A stretch of 64,000 nt of DNA from Oikopleura dioica (Eukaryota; Animalia; Chordata). Positions 22,235 to 34,500 of the stretch are shown here, piece after piece. Each line of letters opens with the position of its first letter. Within the stretch, counting starts at the first letter, position 1. A model generated the notes under the pieces. That model was not told the DNA's origin and did not search any database. It was given only the letters and a program-made list of their open reading frames with translations. A program made the position numbers and the translations under genes. The stretch covers positions 11,904,001 to 11,968,000 of the forward strand of contig OU015568.1 of NCBI GenBank assembly GCA_907165135.1. The letters run 5' to 3'.

Positions 22235-25200
22235 TCAGCGCCAACAGGGCTTGGGCGGCGGTTTAGGAATAAGGGCATCTTGAGGGATGAAGCTGGTTGC
22301 CGAGTACGGGCGTGGCTTCGTGCGGGACGGAATCGAGAACAAATCGGAAGCTGTGTTGTTTGATCGATCAGTTGTAGACTAAAATTGAGATGAGAGTTTA
22401 GCGATTAAGGTTTCCGTGGAGAGCTTTGTTTCTTGCTTTTGTGAAAGCCCTTCATAGTAGGTTGTACTTTCCTCTTACAACTAAGGATGAAGAGGAATGT
22501 AAAAAAATAAAAAGCATTCAGCCGAAAAGGTAAATGCTCAAAGTGGTAAAATTAACGAAAAACATCCTCGATTCGAGGATATTGAGTATCGCGTGTGATA
22601 AAGCAATTAAAAAAGGTATTGTGCGGACTCAGTGCACCGAGGATATGGTAGCTCAACTTACAAAAGGCCACATCAATATTGCGTTTCTAAACCAACTCAG
22701 TCAAATCACAATTGAAACTAAAAATTACTACTGTTTGACTTACGTTTGGTCTATTGTTGGAGTAGCGCTGGTGTCGTTGATGTTGGACGGTCGTGGCGGA
22801 ATTGGGTCGTTTCTTGACATTTTGATTCAGCTTAAAAAACAGTTTAACCTTTTTGGTTGAAATCAAGGAGGGCTCACCTTAACACGTGCCAGCTGCTTGG
22901 CAAGCTCTGTCACCGTTTTATGCTCAGCTTGGGTATTATGCCTATCTAGTCCCTTGAGGGCTAATTTAATTGCATCGCTAGACGTTGCCGACGAAAAATG
23001 AGATGCCGTATTCACCCGAGGGGCGAGAGCAGCCGTCGTAAAATCGGCACGAGGAACGATAGAAGGCCTTATTTGTTTCTGTGCATTGCCGCCGCTGTAG
23101 ATGAATGCAGCGTCGCGACATGATGATGGATACGGAGGAGCCTGGTTGGAGGTAGACGGGATTTGGTTGGCTTCGCGGTTGTCTCGCTTCAAGAGCTTAA
23201 AATATTTAGACTTTTTTCTATAACCTGAGTACCTTTGGCTCTTGACTCGCGCTGCGCACCCTCGATTTCTCTCGCCCAGTTGAAAAATTCGGTCTTCCTC
23301 TAGCACCATGTTGCTGGATTACGCTATACGGGCTTTCCAATGCTGATGGTTGTCTTGTGGGCTTTTCTTGAACCGTTATGCTCTCCACGCTTTCCACTTT
23401 CTCAGATTTAACAGGGCTAGTAGACCCAGAATGTTCTTGTTTCTCTGGTTGCACTGGATCATGCGCATCTGGATGTTTGTTTTCCTGATGCTTCTTTTCT
23501 TTCGGACGCCTAGAAAAATCATGAGGGAATATATTCTTTTGTTATATAATCATTATGAATATTTCAATGCACTGGCAGTGGTATCTTATATGGTAATGAG
23601 TTAAAAGATTCTTATAACAAATGATGAGGATGAAAAATTCTATCCTTACTGATTTTAATTCCAAAATACATTTGCGACACTTACTTTTTAGCACCAAGGA
23701 AAACAGATGCAGATTTATTCTCTGTCGTATACTTCGTGAGAATTTCTTCTACCTCACTTTCTTTGCAGCTCATACAGAACTTTTGAAATAGTGGACGCTC
23801 GACGACATCGGAGAATACAGGATCATCATTTAGCATCATGTCAGTGTCGCCTTGATATCTCGCAATGAATTCCACCAACAAATCCCCTAGAATCCTCTTT
23901 CGCTGAATCACAGGGATACCCGATTCGGCAGTAGGGATTTTTATTTCCATCGGATTCTGGAGGTTCGAGGACGCTTTCCGGAGGAAACGACAAACGAGGT
24001 CCATTTGTGCTGGAAAAATATAAATTACTTTTCTTGCGCGGACTAGTTCTGTCTGGCACATGCTAACTGGCGCCAGCGAAAGTCGCAAAATTTTATTAAA
24101 AAAACATGCCCAAATATAGTGATATATAAGCCGACCCAGGGTCAACTTTATGTAAGAAGACTTACTGATGTTATGATCTTTTATATTAGTATTCTCAGCG
24201 TTCAAAAAACGAAGCTGAAGGCGTCGCAGATAAGTCACAAACGCTTCTCTCGCTTCAATCTGAGAGAGCCTTCCAGCTTCTGCCAAGATTTTCTTCGTCA
24301 CTAATTCCATTTGGCTCGAACTGATTGTGTCTGGAAGATCTTCAAGGGAAGTGATATCAAGTGCAGTATCCTTTGGCTCAGAAATAATCTAAAAACTTAT
24401 TAAAAAGTCCTGTTACAATGTATAAGTTACCTTGACTTCTTCCACTCTTTCAGGGCTCTTCGACACAGCGATTTTCTTTTTCTGGGCTTCCTTTATTGAC
24501 CTGTAGATATCTGAATTTTCAACAGACTTCTTCATCGGCTTCGGAATAGTCTTCTGATCTTTTTCTGGTTTAGGTAAAGGAACAGGTCGTCTCGTCGAAG
24601 TACCAGAAGAAACATTGGGAATACTTTGCTGGCTTGAAATTGAGATCGTTTCAATTGGAGCCGCGTAATCGCCTTCGTCTTCATAATCATCGTTTTCAAT
24701 TAAGTTTTCCGCAGTAGAAGATTTCTTAGTCTTCGATTTTTTCTTCCTTCTCCTTTTCTTCTTCTTTTTATCGAGAGGTTCAAGTCTTTCTTCGTACCGA
24801 TTAAATCTGCTTGATTCGGTTCGTTCATTAAATTTATTCCTGACGACACTTGAATAAGGTCTGTAGGTTTCTTTGAAAAGTCGAGAAGCGAGAAGTTCGT
24901 TCGTATGAGTTTTGTTTTCTAGCAGCGCGCCGTAGTTTGCCCAAGTATCCGCTCTTGGGAAGATTCGTAGAAAACCACCTCGACGCTCATGCTGATCTTG
25001 GACCCATCTTAGAAGTTTAACATCGTCTGGAGAAAGAGAGGAAGTATCATATTGTCCTTGCGACGGACTAGGAGCTGCTGAATTCTTCCCATTTCTTCCG
25101 AGGTTGTAAGCGTGTGTCAGTCTCGCATCTTTAGATCTGCGAGATAACGGGTCTACGCTTTCCACGCCCATAAGATTCAAGAAGTCAGCAATAACATTCG

Positions 25201-26760
25201 ACTTGAGTTTGAGATCGAGAGGAGCATCTGTGGCAAGGCTTGGGGAAAGGTTAACCTCGAGGATCCATGGCTTGAGAGTATCATCGATCAGAACATCAAA
25301 ACCGTAAAGCTCAGCACAATTTCCGCGATAAGGGACAAATGTCTTGCACGCTGCAGCAATTTGACCTTCAACAGAAATGATTGTCTTGATGACGACTTGT
25401 TCGATTCTCGACATAAGAGCAGCTGTATCGACACCATCGTCACGCAAGTACCTGAGCAACGCTCCCAGCGTCCACTTGTTCCCAAAGTCTTCCTGTTCGG
25501 CGTCATCGCAGCGAACAAACTCGGGGTTCTTTTTGTTGATCGAATAATTCGTAAGGTGCATCTAAAGTATTTGCTCCACTGACAGTATCAAATAAAACAT
25601 GACACTGCGCGCATTTTTAGAGTTTGTCCCCGCTATCGATAGAAACTGTTACTGTTAGGATTATTGCGGTTAGCGGGTCAAGCTTACCCATTGGTTTTTG
25701 ATGGATTTGAGCGAGGTTTCGTATTTGATTGTTGCGAAACGAGCCATTCCTTCTTCGTATAAATAAATAATCAAAGGGTCGTAGCAGGTTACAGCGACGT
25801 ACAGGCGGACATCGAATTTAAAACCATCGATGAGAAGCGGGTTGTGAATGTACCTATGTATAAGTTACGGATAAAATGTGCGTTGTGATGATTTCACCTG
25901 CAGACCATTGTACTATCATCCAGTGGGACTTGAGAAGGCGAATTCACGAGGAAAATTCCTCTACCCCTGGAACTCGCCTGTGGTTTGACAATCCAAGGCC
26001 CTTTTTCCCGAGCAGCAGCATGGCAGAAATCCTGATACTGTCCCGGCATCATATATGATTTCGGGCAGAAGTCGAAGAGCTTTGCGTTCTTCGTTTGAGC
26101 CATTCTTTCAACATTCCTTGCGAGTAAATTCTTGCGCGTTAGCTCATAACTCCGTGGAAAATGATTGACGCGCTGGAAATCCATCAGATTTCTTAACGAG
26201 TATGGCTTCACGTGCGAGTTGAGCCACATGATGTTGTAATCGTTGGATGTTTCCCGCGCTTCTTTGAAACCATATGCCTAGAAATAATATTTAAACAGGT
26301 TCTTCAGCTTGTCAATGTTTTCAAGAGCTTTTTATTTGTGATCACGATCTCTAGGCCGACCGGAAATAGAGACATGGAGATTTTGTTGTAGAATTACGGA
26401 TAATGCCAATAAATTATATAGTGGCCAGATCTGGGAGGATAAGTTGTCAATATCATCAAATAGATCAACTTTTTCACACTCAAATGATTTTATTTCTGGG
26501 CATTCTTGAAGAAACAAGTTTATCTGATTTACCGTGAGAATATTTCGAATGAGACTGGTACTGGATCTCACGAATTTGAAGGTGAGATTGTTCTGCACCC
26601 CAATCTGCTTCCGTTGCTTATTCGGTTGCTCGACGACCACTTCAGGCCTGAAACACACGTTTGCGCCATGTTTAGTCGACTTCTGATAACGCCAAGTAAT
26701 CAATTCCTCCTCCTCTGAACTCTCGCTCTCATCTGTCGATCCGTCCGAGCATAGACTCAT
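22235..26760 (-). CDS. TTLL5: Tubulin polyglutamylase TTLL5, multi-exon
   Basis: [77 protein letters not shown] and a long basic/low-complexity C-terminus. Confidence 0.9.
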
Positions 26761-27767
26761 TATCTGAAGAATAGCTTAATTCTGGCTGATCAAAAGAAAA
26801 ACTATTTTGAAGACTCAGATAAACTTAATTTGTTTGATTTGAGGAAACTTGATTTACAGTGACATTTATGTTCGGTATTGACTTTCACAAGGACCATAAA
26901 ACTTTTCCGGAAACTGCTGACGTTCTGCATCGACATGTGCGCAGAATGTTATTAGAGAAGCTTATCACAGCTTGGTACACAAAAAATGACTTTCTGGGGC
27001 CCTAGAGAAAAAGATAGGGAGGTAAATTTGGTGTATGATAAACAAAGTGCCGGTTGAATGCTTCCTAATAATTTTCTTTGACTTGTTCCTTCCTAGGAAA
27101 ACGAGAACAAAAGATTTCCGGTTGAAATCATGGAGGAGTACAAATATAATCATTGCTCAAGCTACCTCAAATCTTCTAAATCCCTTTCTCTTATAAAAAA
27201 TCCTCGTTCTAAGTGAAAAATGTGTCACTGCTTGTATGCGCAAATGTGTGTTTCCCCGCAACAAAGGCATTGTCCCGTGGCAAATTTCGCCCCTCCCAGC
27301 AGAATCTTCACCGACCTGATCTCTTTGTCTTCTCCGCGGCTGCCTCTTGCCTCCAAAAGTAAAAACAAAAGCGAAAAATTTATCGGTAATCTAACAACAC
27401 TCTAGAAGATTACCAAAGTTGTTTCAAGGAGCTTTGCTTCGCTTTGGCGACTCTAATTGAGTCTCTTGTAAATCGAGATGAAAGATTTGCCCTTTCAGAG
27501 TTACTGTGCAAATACACTTATCTAAAGCTAAACACGGGGCATCCGCTTTGAGCCAAACGTAATTCACGCTACTTTCTCTTTTTACAGACAAAAAGACTCC
27601 GTACTTTTGAGTTTAGGGCGCCGCAAATCTATTCTATCTCTGCTCTTCCCTGCGTAATAAAGACACATAAAGGTTAAACATTTTAAAACGATTTTATTGA
27701 TAACTGAAGAACATTGGTAGGTAAATGGAATGTGCTGAGCTTTATCAGGTTTATCAGTGCTTTGTTT

Positions 27768-28454
27768 CTAGTGCTCAGCTGTTTGGCCTTCTCTCTGGGC
27801 TTTAATGTTGGCCCAGGCAGCCTTTCGCTTCTCTCGCCAGTCAGCACGGACGCTCTTAGAGGACTTGTTGAGAACGGTCCACTTGTCGACGTAGTACATG
27901 AGTCCAGAAAGACCAAGAGTGTTGGCCTAGAACCATAGGTAATACGAAAAATCGAAGATCAAGGATTACCTTCGTAAAAGAGTTGACTTCGACGTGGAAA
28001 TTTGAAAGATAGGATCCAACCATTCCGGAAGTGGTTGTTACAGTCGCAGTGAAGCCTTCCGGTAAGTTTTCAGCTTCAGGGTCGCCAATAGTCTTTCGCA
28101 TGCCCAGTCGCATGAAAAACCAAGGCACTGAACACTTCCGTCAGTTAATCCGAAAAGTCAACGACTGAGAAGCTAAAAATGGGGCTTACCGGAGATCAGG
28201 AGACCAGCCCAGAGAATATAAATAAACTCGTTCAAGAGAGTGATGATTGGATTGATACGAGCTCGACGGGCCAAGCCGGAACCAAATGGCAAGGTGGAAA
28301 TCTGACCGTCATCTTCGCATTTGAGAGAAGTGGCGGAATGGCCGCCGTCTGGATAGTTCCAATCGTTGAAGTAGGCATCCCGAGATGGCTTGCCGCCGAG
28401 GACTCGAGGAGTCATCGCATATGTGCGGAGAATAGGTCGAGCCAGACGATTCAT
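27768..28454 (-). CDS. NDUFB5: Probable complex I accessory subunit NDUFB5 (SGDH)-like, 3 exons
   Basis: Arg-rich mitochondrial-type presequence and a single TM helix followed by IGDPEAENLPEGF, which recalls vertebrate IGQAELAEIPEGY. About 190 aa. Confidence 0.55.
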
Positions 28455-28654
28455 TCTAAATCATGAAAAAGTAAGTAATCATGAGACAAATATGAACAAA
28501 AATTTAGGGCAGTTAAGAACAAATCGAAATTGGTCATCAACATAATCTAAGCCGCGTTGCGTCTCAATTAAACGCCGAAGAGCGGCTTTTTACATGTTAT
28601 CATTCATATCTTGCTTGACACATCAATATACAGAAATATTCAAGTAAAAAGAAC

Positions 28655-29838
28655 TCATAAAAACTTTCCACCGCCGGAAGAAAAGCGTCCTCCAAGGCCC
28701 ATTGTTTTCTTGAGCATTTGCTTCTTCTGAGCATCTGAAAGAATAGTCGACTGCATATCGGTTTCGCGATTGAAAGCCACTCGTTCTTTCTTGTGACCGG
28801 CTTTCTTGCGTTCTTCTTTTTCCTTTTTCTTCAGCTTCTTCTGGTGCGAGGCGAAGAGTGATTCCGCAGGCCTGAATGGAATTAGAAAATGAATCCTGTT
28901 TTGATGATCATGTTCTACCTTTTTGTTGCTTCTTTTGCCTTCTCAAGCTCCTTCGCCATCCTTTGATTCTTCTCGTATTCGGCAAAGGCCTGGATTCTCT
29001 TTCGATCTTCTTCAGCTGCCTCTTTCTTCGAAGGGCCCTTTTGCCCGGGTGTTCTCGTCCATTCCGAGCGACCAAAGTTGTTGGCAGCGATTTCGTGTTT
29101 GCGGAATGTTGTTCCACCAACAATTGCGTTTCCAGTCTAGAAACTTTTTATAGAAATCGCTTTTAACCGTAAATCGCTCACTCTAACAGACGGAAGCTCC
29201 AACATCCATTCTTCTCGCTCTAGCTTTTTCTCGTCACCGGTTGTGATTTTCTTCTTCATCTTTTCGGAATTCTTTTGAAATCGAGCTTCGATTTCTGCTT
29301 CTTCAAGCTCCTCTTGCGTTGAACTCGCTCCTCCTGCTGCTAAAAATGCTGGAATAGCCGGTCCGACGACGTAATCATCGTCATCAGTTTCAGTATACTC
29401 TGCAGGCGGGCGCGAAGGTCCTTTGACTGGAGGAGGTGGGAGGGGACAGCCAAACTCTTCCTCGACGTCACTTTCTTCATTTCCACTTCTTAGGTGAGGA
29501 GGAAGCGCGGGCCCGATATCTGACACGGGCTCATTCTCAATAGATGACGCACCGGCAGTAGTTGATTCCACACTTTGTCGTAAATGAGCAGGAAGCGATG
29601 GACCTATACTTTCAGCCTGCGAGTCTTCATTCTGACGTAAATGTGGGGGAAGAACCGGCCCTATTCTTTCAGATTCTTCGGTAGACTCGGTATGGGGAGG
29701 AACAGAAGGGCCGATGTTTTTCTGTAAATGAGGAGGGAGCGTTGGACCGATATCTGCATTGTCTTCTTTGCTTTCATTTTCAGCCGGTGATTCTCGCTGT
29801 TTTTGTAAATGTGGTGGTAGAGCTGGACCAATGGGCAT
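28655..29838 (-). CDS. GPALPP1: GPALPP motifs-containing protein 1
   Basis: Repeated IGPxLPPHL motifs, REEWMLELP, and C-terminal FNRETDM...GRFSSGGGKFL*. Confidence 0.9.
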
Positions 29839-30269
29839 TTTAGTCTAAAAAGAAAATAATGTTACAAAGTTTCGAATTGATATCTTCTTGCATTAAAAGA
29901 TACGGCAGTTGGGCAGAAATCAAAGGAAATTATTGAGATTAAACTTAATATTGAAATCAGGACCTCTTTACAAACATAGGGTCAGGTAGAAGGGGTTTAA
30001 CTTGAATAAATAGTATAAATATGAAGCAAAGAAAAGATAAGTTGGTTAGTCACCTAGATTTTGGGAAATTAAATTGTATATTTACACGAAGCTGCATTTT
30101 GATCGATTTGAGTTGAGTTGAATAGAAAATTAGGTTTGTGCGTTATTAAAAGTAACATATGGAAGGTGTTTCTAAACGTAGGTCTAAGTAAGGCTAAACA
30201 TCGTAGTTAGGCTCCTGTTTAATAAACGCAAGGTGATCTCTGTGTGCAATTCGCGCGGGCAGATCCGCC

Positions 30270-31155
30270 TCATCGTCTAGAAAACATTAGCCGTCGGACG
30301 TAGCTTGAATAGGAAACACCTGTTGAAGCAGAGAGACTACTGTCAGAGCCATGATCGGCGGTGCGATTCTGAATGGGACTAAGGAGGCGACTGCGAGAGA
30401 TCGCCGCCAAATCTGCCTGAGAAAACGAAATCCCGTCACCGTTGTCTTCTTCGTCGAAGGGTGGAGGCGCTACGGTTTCATTGATGAAATCGCTTGTTGG
30501 CTCGTCGCTGTGCATTGGGACTTCGTCCATTGGAGGCGGCTCAGAAGAGAAAGTCTAAAAAGAAAGATCATTCTATGAAAGGCCCGTTATCAATACCTTT
30601 TTGCGTTCTGGTCTTTCACGCGACGGTGGCGGAGGAACTGGTTCAGGAGCGTCTTGTTCTAAGTGTAGTTCGGGCATTTTTTCAGAATCTTCGACTTCGT
30701 CTTCGGTAGATTCGCCAAGATCCATGTCTGAGGAGGTTTTTCTCGTCCTCGTGGATTTCTTGCTTGATTCTGGTTCGGAGAAAAAGTCCTCGTTGATTGT
30801 TACGGATATTCTGTCGTCGTCTTCTGTGTCTTCCGTCATAGTCTCTTCGGTTTCTTTCTGATATTCAGGGTCTGTCAATTCTGGCATACTTTCGTCCGCC
30901 TCTTTTTTATCATCTTCGTTCTTTTCTTCCGCTTGTTCGACGAGGCATTTGTATTCCATGAGCAAGAGCGGCCTCTTCGGCTCTCCGGCTTTGCTGATTG
31001 AAATCTTCCTGATAAGAAATAATAAAACTGCGTTCTTCTAGAAAATGATCTAACCTCCCACAGCTGCAGAGAATATCGGCTTTCATTTTACAAATATAGT
31101 GATGGTAAATCAAGCACAATCCGCATTTTTCATCTTTTTCTGATTTTTCGGACAT
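30270..31155 (-). CDS. Orphan protein: N-terminal Cys/His cluster followed by an acidic disordered region, 3 exons
   Basis: MSEKSEKDEKCGLCLIYHHYICKMKADILCSCG spliced in frame (GT-AG) to acidic ORFs 30573-30965 and 30270-30530. Confidence 0.5.
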
Positions 31156-31502
31156 TTTACAAATTCGACTTTTCTGAAGAAAAACATCAACCAACAAGAA
31201 ATCCTCTTATCAACAATCGCCCAATAAGAATGCTTATTTGTAAATAAAAGATAAGAAACATAAAGCGATGAACTAATGGTCTAATTTGAACATTTATTGT
31301 TTTTCTCAAACATAGGTTTATAAAGTAGGTCGTAACGTAAGTTGCATAATCTCATCTCAGAATGAAAGTAAAAGAATATGTCTACAGAAAATGAACAGCA
31401 TTATTATTATTTTTTTCTTTTTTTTTTGAAAGTAGTATTGAGTTGCTTTTATAACGATTTTTTGTTTGTGGCAGAATCTAATATTTCGGATATTAATGTT
31501 TT

Positions 31503-34500
31503 TTACAATTCATCGTAATGACGAAGCTGGGCGCCGTATTCGGTCGCGTCAGAGTCCACCCAGAGGTCGTGGTTGTCGACGATTTCGTCGGGAGTAAGTC
31601 GCTCGTCTTCGTCTTCGTCGCACATGTCGATCAGATGTTCGGCTTCGTCGATGGCGATTTCTGTGTTGTCAGGAGAGAGCTAGGAAAATTAATCAAAATT
31701 GGGCTCAATTTGATCAAATTTAGATGGATATTGACATTTATCAAGAAGATTCTTCTCAATTAAGCGATTTCTTACCCAGAAGATAAGCTCATCAGCCTCA
31801 ATAAATCCATTGCTATCTCTGTCGTATTCGTCCTTGAAGCGGTCGGTCTCCAGTTCCATGAATTCTTCGTCGACATTTGATGGCTAAAATCATCCATGAG
31901 TTCTCATCAACATGTATTCACTTACAGTTTGATGCCAATCTTTGAGATATTCTTGGAGAGAAATCTTGCCATCTCCATCAGTATCGACAGAATTGAGAGC
32001 TTCTGCGAGAACTGCTTTTTGATCTCTTCATTCTTCAGGGGATTCTTGAAGTAGACAAATTCTTCTTCGGTGAGTTTTCCGTCGTGGTCAACATCGGCAG
32101 CGTCAAAGCGAGCCTTGTCTCGGTTGTACATTTTGTTGTATTCCTACGAAAATTGTTTTAACCGAAGAATACTGATAGTTTCATCCGCGCGTTAATTTTT
32201 TGAATGTGCAAAAATCAAGCGGATAATCACCAGTTAGTATGTCACCAAATGGAAATAAATAATCTAAAAAGTCTTGGGCCTGATTTAACATTTTCTAACA
32301 TTCAAGCTATTTCTTAAATTTTCGCTTTTGACATGCTTGGGCACCGTAAAAAGCCGCCGAACAGTCGGTTGCTTTCCAAAAAAGGCTAACAAGCATGGCT
32401 CACTTGATAATTATCGGACTCATTCTCTCGCTCGTCCTCGAGATCAGACTCGTTCGTAGGATCGAAGCTGTAATATTCTTGACAGGTCTCGCCCCATGTC
32501 ATGAAAGAATCTTTATCAAGGTCTTCAAAGGAGAAATCGTCCTTTGCATCGACGCCCTCGATGTTGATTATGGAGACTAAGGTCCAAGCTAAACAAATTT
32601 CATCAATTTCGCTCAATTGAGAAATGAGGATTTTTGATTGGCCAGCTTTAGAAATCGATGTTTTTGATTGGTCAAATAAGGAAGTTGGGTTAGTTGTTGG
32701 ATAAATATGAAAGACCACTTATTCGGGCCTCCAGGTTCCAATAACAAAATCAGTGACATTAAAAAGCATCAAAGTTTAATTCCGGAGCCCTGGGCCGTCC
32801 TAATTGCTAGGCATCGTGGCCTTGTGATGCAGCATTAAATTTCTCTCTTGGCATAAACAACATAACATTTTGTAAACAAATCGAATGCCAAATCAAAGAC
32901 CACGAACCAGAAAGAGATTATAATTTCTTGTATTTACGCGTTCGTTAACGAGGACAGAGTCCTTTAGGTGTTTGTTTAAATGCTTGGGTTCGTCGATTTC
33001 GTAAAAATCGACAATCCAGTCATGAAACGAAACTGGCTCTTTGGAGGGAATGTTGCCTCCGTTTCGGCGGATCGTCGCGAACTCCGATTCCGCCTCTTCA
33101 GCCGTTTCCGACGCCATTACGCCGGTAACGCACCACCCTAAGAAAAGCCAACTGTTAGCCACTATCTTATCCGAGTTGTTTCCCCTATTCTATCCTCTAG
33201 CTCGACCATTCTAGCGCTAATTTGTTACGGGACGAAAGCTGGAAGCACTGAGCTCCCCATCAAGGGTCTGCCGGTAGAAAAATTTCGCATGAGCCCTCCA
33301 CTCGTACGCGAAAGTCTGCCCCTTTTGATTGTAAAAGAGCAGCTTATGACTCTCATCGATCGACATCAATGAGTGAATGCACCAAACTAAAAAGTAAAAA
33401 TTCAATCTAATGTTCTACGGGTCAAAAAAGGGGTAAAAATTAGCCTAGGAAGTATTTTAGGGATTCACATTATTGCGCTGGTTGAATTTAAGAATCTGGT
33501 CTTCAGATTTGCTCCTAGGCTTTGCTACATGGTCCTCATCGTCAATATGGATATTCCAATTGGTGAAAACGTACTCCTTCCAATTCACCGTCTTTCATTT
33601 CAGTGTCTCGAGCAAACCCACTAATCCCCCGCCGCCCTCACGGTTAAACCCTTCCTAAGCCGACCGGGGGATAAGTCAAGAACAGAACAAAAAAATTTTT
33701 GGAGACACTTTCATAATCGCCAGCCTCTTTTTTCGCGGCGAAATCATCGGGGAAGCCGCCTCGCCCAATGTGAATATGCGAATGGAACTCGAGGGACAAG
33801 TTCTCTGACTCGAGATTATAAACCGCTCCAAGGGACCAGCCTGAAGACGAATTAGAGGTGGATAATTTGAGATACCCAAAAATGAATGGATATGAAAAGG
33901 GGGAAATCGAAGATTTTCTTTTTGAGAAAGTCTTCAATTAGAACGCAAAAAGAGGCTTTTGAAAAGCTATTGGGCTTTGGACGTGATACTGTTGGTGCTA
34001 GAAGAATGTCAAGTGATTTCATGAAAATTGACGCCAAATGAAGATTTCTTCATTATGGCAGTTGTTTAAAATCTCAACTACAGCCGACCTTATGGAACCT
34101 CCAAAAAGCCGGCTATAGTGTGCGAATTTCAAATTTTGTTGATTTTGAAAACACTCTCACGTCGTATATGGAGTCGTCTTTGTCAAACGGCTCGGCCTCG
34201 TCGCCGTAGAAAATGTGCCCGTAAATATCGTCCGTCAGATGGACGAAGTCTACTCCGAGTTGCGGAAAGTTCCCCGGTTGATAAAACAACGAGAAAGAAT
34301 ATTAATCCTCTATTTGTGCCACCAAATAGTGACCTATTTACGAAAATAGGTTAAACTCGTTTTAACCTGTTTGTCCTCAATGAGGAGGCGAAAATCTCCC
34401 GCTGGTGAAACGACAAACAGATCGTTGTTTTGTAAATAGAGCATGATTTTTATAACACCAAGCGTGTTTAAAAATTCGGGAAATTCCGCAACCGGTACGG

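Noticed and set aside
32720-32910. Possible decayed sixth CREC module (WSLIWHS...) and a WCY segment near 34470
   Set aside because: No AG acceptor in the right phase, and in-frame stops follow.
32384-33160. 8-nt complementarity between the intron after module D and the branch-point region of module C (possible docking/selector pairing)
   Set aside because: Matches this short are expected by chance in 2.5 kb, one partner is simply the CTAAC branch point, and there is no common selector for all modules. It would need covariation evidence.
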